64,000 nt of DNA from Octopus vulgaris (Eukaryota), in NCBI GenBank assembly GCA_951406725.2, contig OX597835.1, positions 46,004,001 to 46,068,000 on the forward strand, given 5' to 3'. Positions 13,747 to 27,105 of the stretch are shown one piece after another. Positions within the stretch are counted from its first letter, which is position 1. Each line of letters opens with the position of its first letter. The position numbers and the translations under genes are program-made. The notes beneath the pieces were generated by a model. That model worked only from the letters and a program-made list of their open reading frames with translations, searched no databases and was not told the origin of the DNA.

Positions 13747-14180
13747 TGAGTGAGGGAGAGAACAATGCCATCAAAGTGACACTTGGATAAAATATACGAA
13801 TTCCAGTATACACTTCATCACTACCCGTCTGATAAGGGTACACCAGGCACATGCATCACAACCATATGTGCGCGACATGGTGATTTCATATCAAAATAAA
13901 CAGTACATGAGCTTGCAGGCGGGGCCCAGTTTGAAATTTCTTTCGGTCGAGTAACCCATCCTGCTCAAATGGTTTTTGAACAAGGGTTGTTTAAGGATGT
14001 TGAACCAAACATCCATGCTTCTAGATGTGAATTATTCAAACTCCAAAGGATTTCTCTCAACACATAGCTATGATGTTCACCCACTAATTCTGTGCGTGAT
14101 CACTAAGTTGCATGCTAAACTGGTTAAGGTCAAACAACTGACAAGCAAATCTGTGATAAGGAACAGAATATTTACTCGTA
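13746..14180 (-). mobile_element. Diverged copy of the (AAT)n-tailed element at 5673-6158
   Basis: Reverse-complement similarity (catcacaaccatatgtgcgcgacatggtg, ctgataagggtacaccagg), with (TTA)n at its 3' end (13683-13744). Confidence 0.85.
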
Positions 14181-14563
14181 TTATTATTATCATAACTATC
14201 ATATTCGCTTTCTAGATGTAGTTTTGGATCGTATGAATGCATGTATTTTTTTCTTTTTTATTCTATCGTTTCTTTGTTGTCTTTTATATTTACTTTTGTA
14301 ATTCTGCAATAACAAACAAGATAGGTGAGAGGAATTAGAAAACAACCTAACAAGAGACGGGAAATACGAAAAGAGACTTGTAAAAAACGGAAGGAAATGT
14401 CATATACAATGAAGACATGTAGGAATGTTCTACACGTGTACAAATCCTAGTGTTGTCAGAACATCACGTACGTATTGTTAGGTTAGATCAGGCATATATT
14501 TTACAATGATTCCGAATGAACGATAAAAGTTCCATGCATATAGGTGAAAATATACATACACAA

Positions 14564-14608
<45 letters not shown>

Positions 14609-14688
14609 TACATATATGTATGTATATATATATATATTAATTATATCAATATGTGTATATATATATATACAAATATGTTTATACAATG

Positions 14689-14720
<32 letters not shown>

Positions 14721-15010
14721 CACGTGTGTGTGTGAGTGTGTATTTGTGTATGCATCATCTGTGTGTGTGTATATATGTATTTATGTATATATACACACGA
14801 TACAATTTTATGAGTATGTAATAAATTTCGAGTTTAAATGTGTTGCTATTGTGAATGTCAATACTGAAAAAAGAAACTTACAAATCATTGTTCGATAAAA
14901 ATAACGGGGATATGCAGAGAGAAGAACAATGGATAGAATGATAGTACTTTACATACTTAAATGCGTTATGGATGCATGTAAGTTGTATAGGTTTGCATGT
15001 ATACCTATAT

Positions 15011-15045
<35 letters not shown>

Positions 15046-15116
15046 CGTGTGCCCGTATGTTTCTTATGCGTGTGTGTGTGTTTCGTGTGTGTCTGTATAC
15101 ATAACATTTCCCTACA

Positions 15117-15153
<37 letters not shown>

Positions 15154-15216
15154 ATGTATACATATGTATGCAAATATATAGATATATAATACATATATAC
15201 ATATATGTACACACAC

Positions 15217-15261
<45 letters not shown>

Positions 15262-15276
15262 ATATATATATATATA

Positions 15277-15690
15277 TATAAAATATTATTAGAGACAAAA
15301 CCACTATTTTGCAAAACAAACAAGGAAAGACTTAATCAATACATAAAATTTTAATAAATAGTCAAAAAAACCGCCACTACAATCGTTTCTTATCTTGATC
15401 GACAATCTTCAGGTGGACTTCAATAAGTCAGTTTCAAATTATGACTTCATAATTTGAAACTGACTTATTGAAGTCCACCTGAAGATTGTCGATCAAGATA
15501 AGAAACGATTGTAGTGGCGGTTTTTTTGACTATTTATTAAAATTTTATGTATTGATTAAGTCTTTCCTTGTTTGTTTTGCAAAATAGTGGTTTTGTCTCT
15601 AATAATATTTTATAATATTTTACTATAAAATTGGATTTAATCCTAAATCTGATTTTTTTCCCTGTAAATTTGGATTTATTCCCTAATATT

Positions 15691-15693
<3 letters not shown>
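15277..15693. mobile_element. Palindromic Penelope-like pLTR remnant (168-bp arms, 2-nt loop) in (TA)n
   Basis: 15277-15444 is the reverse complement of 15447-15614. The right arm continues to about 15693. (TA)n on both sides. Contains a hammerhead motif. Confidence 0.75.
15475..15517 (+). ncRNA. Minimal type-I hammerhead ribozyme motif (mirror copy on minus strand at 15374-15416)
   Basis: ccac-CTGAAGA-ttgtc(gatcaa)gataa-GAAA-C(gatt)G-TA-gtgg: stem I, canonical core, stem II, short stem III, GUA cleavage triplet. Confidence 0.8.
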
Positions 15694-15775
<82 letters not shown>

Positions 15776-15787
15776 CATACATACATG

Positions 15788-15822
<35 letters not shown>

Positions 15823-16288
15823 ATACATATATATATATATATATATATACATTCATATTTTATGGGTGTGTGTATATGTACATGTATATGAAAGTATGCA
15901 TGTATTGATAGATAGATAAGTGAGTGGAGGCACGTGTATCTTATAGAAATTAAATTTGATGCGAACTTTACATAATATAGTTTTCAGTAAAATTTATAAA
16001 CACACAAGACACAATCTGACTTTATTACAAATTGACAAAGGTATATAAGAATGGATGCATGCATATATATGTCTGAGTGTGTGTGTGTACATACAGGCAC
16101 ACAATGAATTGTATGGCTGATTTACCTACAATTGGACACCCGGTAAATGTTGACGTGTTTAAACAAATCAAAACGTGCTGCCATAATGATTAGCAAATCA
16201 TAGTCCCATGCATATTGACATTAGTCTATGTATGAATCCTGATTGTGTTGTAGCACGTATGACTATATTTAAATGGAAGCATTTGCAC

Positions 16289-16371
<83 letters not shown>

Positions 16372-16450
16372 TATATGTATATATATACATATATATATTT
16401 ATATATATGCATACATATAAATGTATGGATGATAAATACACGCACGCATG

Positions 16451-16596
<146 letters not shown>

Positions 16597-17131
16597 CATA
16601 TATATATATATATATAAATTATATATATATATATATATATATACATATTTTTGTATAAATACATATATATGTATGTATATACCTATGTTTATATATACGT
16701 ATGCATATATGGGATTTATATAAGAGTATTTTCATCTATATTAGCTTGAATATATGCATGTATTAATCTATGAATGCATCAGACTACGTACACTTATATT
16801 TCATTTCTGTCTCATCACACATACACACGGACACAGAGACACACACGCGCGCACCCACACAAATGCGCGTTTGCGCGGCCGCATGCAAATTGCAGAGACA
16901 TTTGCACTAAAATAAATGTCTATACTCTTTCTCATTCAAAATCGTCTTCCATCATTATGAACGAGTTTTATTTCATTCCTCCATTGAAATATCTCATGAA
17001 GAGTCTTTCTGGCAATTCCTATGTATTCTCCATCAACAAAATGTTTTAATATTCTTTTTTTCGTTATATATATTCTTGTTGTCTTTCTCGTTGTTTATAT
17101 AACTGTTGAGTTTTTCTCTTCTCCTTCTTTT

Positions 17132-17179
<48 letters not shown>

Positions 17180-17296
17180 TGCTTCTCCTCCATGTTATCT
17201 TTTTCTAGTCCGGTGGTTCTCGACTCTTTTATTTAAATGAGCTCTCTTACGGACCCTTGTGTATATGTATATATATAACCTTTATTTATGTATGTA

Positions 17297-17358
<62 letters not shown>

Positions 17359-17362
<4 letters not shown>

Positions 17363-17565
17363 TAATCCAAACATGAAAACACAAAGAGAAAACACAACTA
17401 CGCGAGGACGTGGAACAAATATAGTATTATTGGACGCTCAGGAAGGAAGGGAAGAAGGACGGTTTAACGTTTCGAGCGGAGCTCTTCGTCGGAAACATAG
17501 GAGAAGGAAAGATCCAGAGAAGGGAGGACAGAGGAAAAAATCGCCAACGGTACTCACGCGGTACA
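17359..17565 (-). mobile_element. Short (TA)n-nested Penelope-like cassette with hammerhead motif at 17462-17496
   Basis: Minus strand: gttt-CCGACGA-a-gagc(tcc)gctc-GAAA-CG-TT-aaac, with palindromic stem III AACGTT. Confidence 0.7.
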
Positions 17566-17601
17566 TGTATGTGTGTATATATATGTATATATGTATATGC
17601 A

Positions 17602-17641
<40 letters not shown>

Positions 17642-17682
17642 GCAAGATATGTGAAGTCGTGTGTTGAAACATATTTTGTTAC

Positions 17683-18204
<522 letters not shown>

Positions 18205-18215
18205 ATATGTATGTA

Positions 18216-18278
<63 letters not shown>

Positions 18279-18291
18279 GTGTGTGTGTGTG

Positions 18292-18596
18292 TGGAGGCGC
18301 AATGGCCCAGTGGTTAGGGCAGCGGACTCGCAGTCGTAGGATCGTGGTATGTGTGATGAGATCGGGCGTTGTATGTGTTTATTGAGCGGAAACACCTAAA
18401 AGGCTCCACGAGGCTCCGGCAGGGTGTGGTGATCGTTGCTGTACTCTTTCACCACTCCTCCTCTCACTCTTTCTGTTGGCCTGCTCGCTTAGCCAGCGGG
18501 GTGGCGTCATTCGAAGGCTAAAACAATGCGAACGCATTGTGACCACCGATCTGTAGCAACATCTGATGGTCTGGTCAGTCACGTGATCACGTGATA
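18292..18596 (+). mobile_element. tRNA-derived SINE family C
   Basis: A-box TGGCCCAGTGG, tRNA-like head ggcgcaatggcccagtggttagggcagcggactcgc, ends cacgtgatcacgtga. Homologous to 38348-38512. Confidence 0.85.
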
Positions 18597-18653
<57 letters not shown>

Positions 18654-18708
18654 TTATGTATGTATATATATATATCTATATATATATATATATATATAAA
18701 TATATATA

Positions 18709-18937
18709 CTTTATTTAAAGCAGCAGAAAATTCAACAAAACCTGTTACTCTGAGCTTCCCGTTGCCGTTCGTCGGACAGTTTTTGCTAGAAAAAAACTGT
18801 CCGACGAATGGCAACGTGAAACTCAGAGTAACAGGTTTTGTTGAATTTTCTGCTGCTTTAAATAAAGCATATTACTCTAGCACTGGTATTTGAGTACTCT
18901 TTTTCCCCCTTGTTTCACATTTATGTGTTTATTTCGG
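18709..18937. mobile_element. Palindromic Penelope-like cassette (arms about 18709-18784 / 18792-18867) with hammerhead motif at 18797-18834 (+)
   Basis: ctgt-CCGACGA-atg(gcaa)cgt-GAAA-CTC(a)GAG-TA-acag. The left arm preserves acg in stem II. (TA)n flanks. Confidence 0.75.
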
Positions 18938-19046
18938 TATATATATATATGTATATATATATATATAATTGCAGCGTGGAAGGTATTTGTAAGCCATTTA
19001 AGAAACACACAAAAGCCGTTCGATTCACTTCAACATTTAAGTTTAA

Positions 19047-19096
19047 TTTGTCAAAATATTTTCGTCGCTAAAATCCGCGACCTGTTCACTGACAAA
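19047..19096 (-). ncRNA. Hammerhead-like motif with G3-C8 core swap, in TA-nested cassette 18968-19120
   Basis: tttgtca-GTGAACA-g-gtcgc(ggatttta)gcgac-GAAA-ATAT-TT-tgacaaa: 7-bp stem I, 5-bp stem II, palindromic stem III. Confidence 0.6.
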
Positions 19097-19116
19097 AATC
19101 CGTGCTGCATCACGTG

Positions 19117-19167
<51 letters not shown>

Positions 19168-19319
19168 TATACATATAAGAAATAGTTAACGGGCGGCCAG
19201 TACTATCTTTGCGGACTCCAGGTTGAAAACCACTGTTCAAGTTATTCTTCTTCCACTACTTATTTTCTCCCCCCTCCCCCTGTTCCTCTATTTTCTTCTC
19301 CTTTCTCTCCCGCTTTTCT

Positions 19320-19900
19320 TTTCTATTCCTTCTTCTTCCACCTCTTCTTCTTCTTCCTTCTTCTTCTTCTTCTCCTCCTTCTTCTTCTTCCACTTCTTCT
19401 CCTTCTCACCATTCCACCTCCTTATGTGTTTTTTGTTCTTCTTCCTCATCATTATCACCACCAGGACGACCACCATCCTCCTCCTCATCTTCTTCTTCTT
19501 CTTCTTCTTCTTCTTCTTCTTCTTCTTCTTCTTCTTCTTCTTCTTCTTCTTCTTCTTCTTCTTCTTCTTCTTCTTCTTCTTCTTCTTCTTCTTCTTCTTC
19601 TTCTTCCCCTTCTGTTCTGTGTCTTTCTATTTATTCTTATTCTTTTTCTTCGCCTTCATCTACTTCTTTTTCATTTTCTCCTCCATCTTCTTGCTTTTTC
19701 GTTTCTCCTTATTATTTGTCTTCTTTCTTTTTCCTGCTTTTGCTTTTCTTTCTGGCTTTTCCGTCTTCATTATGGTTTTCCGCTTCCCCTTCGGCGTCTT
19801 CTCTCTTCTGCGTCTCTTCTTTTTTTATGTTCATCTTCTCCCTTCTCTCTTCTTTCACCTCTTTCTTTTTTCCTCCGCCTCCGCATTCTGCTTTTATTTT
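19320..19900. repeat. (TTC)n and degenerate pyrimidine-rich tract
   Basis: Pure TTC at about 19490-19606 within CT-rich low-complexity sequence. Confidence 0.9.
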
Positions 19901-20585
19901 ATTCTTTGTCCACCTTCTTCTGGAACACCTTTAAATTCTTTTGGTTATCTTAATCAAAAGAACGTTTTGTAGACAGGAGAGTGAAGTCTAACGTGAAGCA
20001 GATTTGATATTAAACATCCCTATATCCGTACTCTCTTGGTACAAAGATTCCCAAAATATAGACACATTTTAGGAGCTGATTTCTAAAGAATATATTTTGG
20101 GAAGAATATTTTCACATTGTATTAGCAGCAAATCAATAAAGTATTATTAAGATTATTTATATAACAGTTCCCGCTTTTTATTCTTTTTTCTTTTCTTTCT
20201 ATTGTAATTTATAAACTTAGTTCCGTTGAACATCAAATCACAGGTTTCTACTCCAGAATGGTCTTATTCCTAAATATTTGATTAAATATACGGGAGTGCG
20301 AGTGTGTGTGCGTGTTTGTGTATGCATGTCTGTGTATCTGAGTGTGTGTATGTATGTATGTGCGTGTGTCTTTCTGTGTGTATCTCAGAGTGTGTATGTG
20401 CTTATGTGTGTGTGTCTGCCTATGTGTATTTGTGTATTTATCTCTTGGCAATTAGACTCTCTTCTTCATCACACTTCCATTTTCAGACATTCTTAATCCT
20501 AGAGATTACCTCAAGTTCTCAGTTAGTGTTGACCGCTATTGTCACATTGATTTGCATTTCATAGGAAGTTATGATGATTGTAGCA

Positions 20586-21001
20586 TACTCTTTACTCTCT
20601 TTTACTCTTTTACTTGTTTCAGTCATTTGACTGCGGCCATGCTGGAGCACCACCTTTAGTCGAGCAAATCGACCCCGGGGCTTATTCTTTGTAAGCCCAG
20701 TACTTATTCTATCGGTCTCTTTTTGCCGAACCGCTATGTGACGGGGACGTAAACACACCAGCATCGGTTGTCAAACAATGCTAGGGGGACAAACACAGAC
20801 ACACAAACATACATACACATACATATATATATACATATATACGACAGGCTTCTTTCAGTTTCCGTCTACCAAATCGACTCACAAGGCTTTGGTCGGCCCG
20901 GGGCTATAGCAGAAGATACTTGCCCAAGATGCCACGCAGTGGGACTGAACCCGGAACCATGTGGTTGGTAAACAAGCTACTTACCACACAGCCACTCCTG
21001 C
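20586..21001 (-). mobile_element. SINE family B, near full length
   Basis: Head rc caggagtggctgtgtggtaagtagc, B-box-like GGTTCAGTCCC, internal microsatellite, tail (taaaagag)n. Confidence 0.9.
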
Positions 21002-21162
21002 ATGTGAAACATTTCATAGAGTATCCTTTCTCCCTTCGTCATTTCTATTCCTAATCACGCAAGAAGCCACCCGGTTACTTCCTTTCTCTCATTTTAGTTT
21101 ATCTTATACAAATAACACGAAATCAGCGATGTTCTCTACTATTCTTTTATACTTCAAACTAT

Positions 21163-21408
21163 CTAGGACCCGAAGTCATCGTTGGAAAACATATGTGCTA
21201 ATGACGCCAATTTGGGTAGAAACAAGTATTAGAAACGTTCTCTAGACTTTAACCCTAACCCTAACCCTAATGCCCTGCCAGTTTTGGAAAACAAATATTT
21301 TTGACGTTTTCTCCCGTTTTTATTTGCCTTGGGTCCCCAGTACCTCCTGGCATTTCGTTGAACTACTTTCATAGTCATGGAAACAATAGAAATGCCAGGA
21401 GATTTCTT
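21163..21408 (+). mobile_element. Helentron-associated (HINE-like) non-autonomous element
   Basis: Imperfect subterminal inverted repeats ctaggacccgaag (21163) / ccttgggtccccag (21327), internal (CCCTAA)3, and a 13-bp 3' stem ctcctggcatttc..gaaatgccaggag (21344-21401). Confidence 0.5.
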
Positions 21409-21475
21409 GTAAAACGTTCATTTGCTTTTAATTTCCTTATAGCATGCACATGTACGTCGTTATATATCTATCTGT

Positions 21476-21703
21476 TTCTTTACTACCCACAAGGGGCTAA
21501 ACACAGAGGGGACAAACAAGGACAGACAAACGGATTAAGTCGATTATATTGACCCCAGTGCGTAACTAGTACTTATTTAATCGACCCCGAAAGGATGAAA
21601 GGCAAAGTCGACCTCGGTGGAATTTGAACTCAGAACGTAGCGGCAGACGAAATACTGCTAAGCATTTCGCCCGGCGTGCAAACGTTTCTGCCAGCTCGCC
21701 GCC
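21476..21703 (-). mobile_element. SINE family A, young subfamily with Tx1-like tail
   Basis: Full head ggcggcgagctggcagaaacg, B-box, central gcctttcatcctttcggggtcgat domain. Flanked by a ~50-bp direct repeat. Confidence 0.9.
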
Positions 21704-21769
21704 TTGTTTAACTTTCCTTATAGCATGTACATGTACGTCGTTATATATATATCTGTCTGTCTATAACCA

Positions 21770-21900
21770 CAGGCAGATCGTTGGCGATGTTTTTCCTCCG
21801 TCTCCTGTTTCTGAGGAAATACTTTGCACAAAACGTAAAACGACCTTTCTTTCCTTCGGTGAATCTCTGCTAATAATACTCTGCATGTACCACGTCCCTA
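21770..21900 (+). mobile_element. Degenerate relative of the 17359 cassette with decayed hammerhead (21807-21841)
   Basis: gttt-CTGAGGA-...-AAAA-CG-TA-aaac, with flanking ttggcgat..ttcctc and gtaccacgtcc similar to the reverse complement of 17359-17565. Confidence 0.5.
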
Positions 21901-22236
21901 CAGGTTACATGTTGTATAATCAATTGTCATGCACTAGATATGTTCGTGTGATTGTGAGTGTACGGGTGTGTGAGTGTGTGTATGTGTGCGTGAGTGTGTG
22001 TGTGTTTGTCTGTGTGTATGTTCGCGCGTGCGTGCGTACATGGCCGTTTCGGACACCTTCCTTCATCTTTTCCCCTCTCTCTTGCCATATCCTTGTTGCA
22101 GAAGTATCTACACCCGAAACGTTGGCGCCTTCTTCTATTCTTCCCGACCGGGTCTCACACTGATACACCACAGACGTTGTTCCTTCACTTTCTTTTTGTG
22201 TTTTCCTCTTTATTTTCGTATTTTTACACCCTATAC

Positions 22237-22274
<38 letters not shown>

Positions 22275-22383
22275 TTGTGTCTGTATGTATTCGTATGTGT
22301 GAGTGTGTGTGTGTATAGATATATAGATATCCTATAGATATATATGTGTGCACGCACGCACACATCTATATATAATCATGACC

Positions 22384-22613
22384 TATTTCTTTATTACCCA
22401 CAAGGGGCTAAACACAGAGGGGACAAACAAAGACAGACATAGGTATTAAGTCGATTACATCGACCCCAGTGCGTAACTGGTACTTAATTTATCGACCCCA
22501 AAAGGATGAAAGGCAAAGTCGACCTCGGCGGAATTTGAACTCACAACGTAACGCAGACGAAATACCGCTAAGCATTTCGCCCGGCGTGCTAACGTTTCTG
22601 CCAGCTCGCCGCC
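22384..22613 (-). mobile_element. SINE family A, young subfamily
   Basis: Highly similar to 21476-21703. Flanking tataatcat(g/a)acc is duplicated. Confidence 0.9.
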
Positions 22614-22668
22614 TCTTATATTCATAACCTCTTATAATCATAACCACATATATACATATATACATATA

Positions 22669-22748
<80 letters not shown>

Positions 22749-23552
22749 TCTTTCTCTCTCTCTCTGCTCACTCTTAAATATACAGCGAATATTTTTCGGC
22801 GGAACAATCCACATCATGATTAAGACCCATCGAACACCTCACTGATGATCTCTTCCTCTTAATTCACAAATTCTTCACGATCGGAACCGCTGTTTTAATT
22901 GCATCTGAATGCATCGTTAACTACCTTCCTCCTAGTGCAGTATTTCTGCTTCACTCAATACCCTCAGCTATCACTGCACCTAACTTCTCTAACACCTCTA
23001 CCATAACCGCCATAATTGTCATCAATGACACGAGACTACTAACTATGCCATCAAATTTACAAGCTTCATTTCTATTATGGTTTAATATCCATTCTATAAA
23101 GCTTCTTTTTTTCATTCTTTATTTTTCTTTGGATGCAGTTTATTGTTGTGTTATTTTTACCTACATGCATATATGTTATATTTACGTACATGCATAACAC
23201 GCAGACATACACGTACACCCGCGCACTCCCGTGCACACACTCGCACATAAACAAGTACATACATGTATATATATATGTATATTCATCTATAAATTTATCT
23301 ACATGTATATCAATGTATATATGTATGTGCATGTGTGTGTACGTGTGTGAGAGTGTGTGTATATGAATGCACATATAGAGATAAATAGTTAGACTGACAG
23401 ACAGACCGATAGATAGATACATACATAAGCACATGTGTACATGCATGCATACACTGGTGATAGAGATGTATGTATGTATCGATGTACATATATATACAAT
23501 TAAATATGTGTGTGCATATCAATGTCTCTATCTTTTTCTGTCTACACATCTA

Positions 23553-23589
<37 letters not shown>

Positions 23590-23701
23590 GCTTGTGTTTT
23601 CATAAATTTGCACGTATGTATAGAATTAGAATATATGTCCCTGTGTGTGTATATGCACACATACACACATACACGCACATATACCACTCCGCACACACAT
23701 T

Positions 23702-23761
<60 letters not shown>

Positions 23762-24045
23762 TGTATGTATCCATGTATGTACATAGATACCACAGTGTCT
23801 AATTCCCTCTGTTTCCAAATATTCCTCCCTCTCTCTCCCTTTCTCTCTCTCTCTCTCCCCTTATCTTTTCAAATAAATTTTAATCTAAAATTTCCTTTTC
23901 CTTCTTCCTCAGGTGTTTCTATCTTTCTGTTTTTTTTTATTCTTCCTTCATATGTTCTCCTTCATTCCTTCGTTCTTTCTGCATTTCTAGTTTCTATCAT
24001 TTCTTTCCTTTGTTTCTTGACTTATTCAATCTTCATTCCTTATCT

Positions 24046-24603
24046 CTATGTATGTATGTATGTATGTATGTATGTATGTATGTATGTATGTATGTATGTA
24101 TGTATGTTTGTATGTATGTATGTATGATTGTATGCATGTATGTATGTACGTATGTATTATGTATGTATGTATGTATGTATGTATGTTTGTATGTATGTAT
24201 GTATGTATGTATGTTTGTATGTATGTATGTATGTATGCATGTTTGTATGTATGTATGTATTTATGTTTGTATGTATGTATGTATGTATGTATGAATGTAT
24301 GTATGTATGTATGTATGTATGTGTGTGTATGTATGTATGTATGTTGGTATGTATGTATGTATGTTTGTGTGAATGTATGTATGTATGTATGTATGTATGT
24401 ATGTGTGTGAATGTATGTATGTATGTGCGTATATATTAAAGTGTGTGTATGGGTATGTGTGTATATGTGCCTGTGCGTCTGAGTGTGAATATATGTAGAT
24501 GTATGTTTAGATACACAAACGACCACACACGCATGCACACACACAAAGTCACACACATGCACAGACAAACACACACACAGGAGTGCATGTATGTGTGTGT
24601 GTA

Positions 24604-24665
<62 letters not shown>
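24046..24665. repeat. (TATG)n and (TG)n microsatellites
   Basis: Direct repeats. Confidence 0.95.
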
Positions 24666-24669
<4 letters not shown>

Positions 24670-25097
24670 AACCAGTGTTTTCTAACAGAATCTTTAAGTT
24701 GGTTAGTACAGATACTTTTGTAACAATTCTTTAGCCCAAGGTCATCTCTGATTAGGATGAACGATCAAAGTAATCCCAGTCGGTAACATGTTCGTATTAC
24801 CTTTGTTTTAAGTATAATATCGATAAAATGCCATTATCCTAAATACATCCCTCCTTCCCTATTTAAAATTGGCAAGATATGATACGAGGGAGGATTAGCT
24901 TAGTGTTTCTAGCAGAGTGAGCCACCAGGTAAAAGGCTCTTTTTTATGATTAGTTAACTAATAAAGATGCCTATGTTATATGGTATCTACGGAGAACAAT
25001 TACACACGCTTGTGAAAGGAGTAATAAGTGGGTATGGAGAAGCACGTTGATTGCAAGAGACAAGAAAAACGTGAGACAGGTCGAGAGAAACAGATGT

Positions 25098-25147
<50 letters not shown>

Positions 25148-25188
25148 ATATATTATATAGGGATACGTATATGCATCTGCCTCTCTTC

Positions 25189-25235
<47 letters not shown>

Positions 25236-25275
25236 TATATAGATACGCACACACATACACACACACTCACACGTG

Positions 25276-25369
<94 letters not shown>

Positions 25370-25499
25370 AATGTATATATACGTAATAGCGATACTCTTA
25401 TACACAAAGGTATATGGTGAAACGGAGTGAAGATTAAAAGAGTGTGAGGGCGAAATAGAGACACAGGTGTAAATATATATATAGAAAGAAAGAGAGAAT

Positions 25500-25545
<46 letters not shown>

Positions 25546-25621
25546 TAGATAGATAGATAGATAGATAGACAGACAGATAGATAGATAAATAAATAGATTG
25601 ATAGATAGATAGATAAATAGT

Positions 25622-25673
<52 letters not shown>

Positions 25674-25684
25674 GAGACAGACAG

Positions 25685-25750
<66 letters not shown>

Positions 25751-25760
25751 AGGGAGGGAA
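25500..25760. repeat. (GATA)n-(TA)n-(GA)n compound microsatellite
   Basis: Direct repeats. Confidence 0.95.
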
Positions 25761-26554
25761 AAATATAGACAGAGTGAAAAGGATAGAAGAGGGAACCACT
25801 CTTATCAAATATGTTCGCCATTGACAATCATCAAATATTTATATTTTTCTTTTCGTCTCTGATTTTTTTTTCCTCGATTATTCTGTAATTAATCACTCTG
25901 TGTAGCTTTATTACAGATTTTATTGTTTTTAGATTTCTTTCATTTTCACGTCTAAATTTTTGCTTTTGTTGTTTTTGATGATGTCATTGCATTAGTTGTT
26001 GTTGCTGTTTTTGTTTTGCACCTATTACTCCCAATACGAGTAATAACCACCTCAGTGTTTTTCATATTTAATGCTTGATGGATTAATGCAAATAATTATG
26101 TAGTGAGAACTGAAGATACAAACAAAAGGTCAACGACAAATATTATATTAAACTATAACTGCAATCAGGCGAGATAACTCAAGACTTGTTTTGATCTTAG
26201 TATAACCTCATCAGGGAAACTCTAATTTACCGTTAATCGGGAAGATGTGATAAGTTTTATCGATAAGTGAAGTATTGTTTCCTCATGTGTGTTATTTTAT
26301 TTTTTTACGTTAACCACTGTGCATTAATCTACATTTAATGGACGACCATCTCGACCTTTTTACGGAACTTGTATGTATTTTTTCATGGCTAACTAATTCG
26401 TTTATTCAAAAAGAATGCAATTTATTGATCTCGGGTAGTCTTAATATCTTGGTCCCCTTTCACTGACACGAAAAAGAAAAAAAAAAACGAAAATGAATAG
26501 CGGATAATGATTTGCTACTGTGGCAGCAAAGACTATGACAATGGAAGTGTCGAT

Positions 26555-26834
26555 GGGGATGGTGGTGGTGGTGGTGGTGGTGAGGATGATAATGATGATG
26601 GTGATGGTGGTGGTGGTGGTGGTGATGATGATGATGTTGATGATGATGGTGATGGTGATGATGGTGATGGTGATGATGATGATGGTGGTGGTGGTGGTGG
26701 TGGTGGTGGTGGTGGTGGTGATGATGATGATGATGATGATGTGGTGGTGGTGGTGGTGGTGATGATGTTGATGATGGTGGTGGTGGTGGCGGTAGTCGTG
26801 ATGATGATGATGGTGGTGGTGGTGGTGGTGGTGG

Positions 26835-26869
<35 letters not shown>

Positions 26870-27105
26870 GTGGTGGTGATGATGGTGGTGGTGGTGGTGG
26901 TGATGATGATGATGATGATGACATCGACGACAACGACGATGAGGACGATGATGCCTATAAAGGCCATGATACGCCACGATTGAGATCGATCATGACGATG
27001 ACAACGACGGTAAAGATAATCACGATGATGGTGATGATGATGACACTTATCAGTTTGATGATAATGGTGTTGATGACGATGATGGTGAAGATAATGGTCG
27101 TGAAG
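26555..27105. repeat. (GAT/GGT)n compound trinucleotide tract
   Basis: The poly-His/Pro/Ser/Val ORFs in several frames are repeat translations. Confidence 0.95.

Noticed and set aside
18292-18370. tRNA gene look-alikes (also heads of SINE families A and B)
   Set aside because: A/B boxes are present, but the sequences continue into repeated SINE bodies and do not form complete cloverleafs.
20608-20645. Hammerhead-like half motif in the SINE B tail (agtc-aaat-gact-GAAAC-aa-GTA)
   Set aside because: No CUGANGA-type core or stem I upstream. Better explained as a LINE-type 3' stem-loop.
21251-21270. Telomere or chromosome-fusion scar
   Set aside because: Only three hexamers in one orientation, inside a probable transposon.
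26178-26222. CTGATGA...AAAACAAGTC hammerhead-like string on the minus strand
   Set aside because: GAAA is mutated, stem II is weak and stem I does not pair, so it cannot be distinguished from chance.
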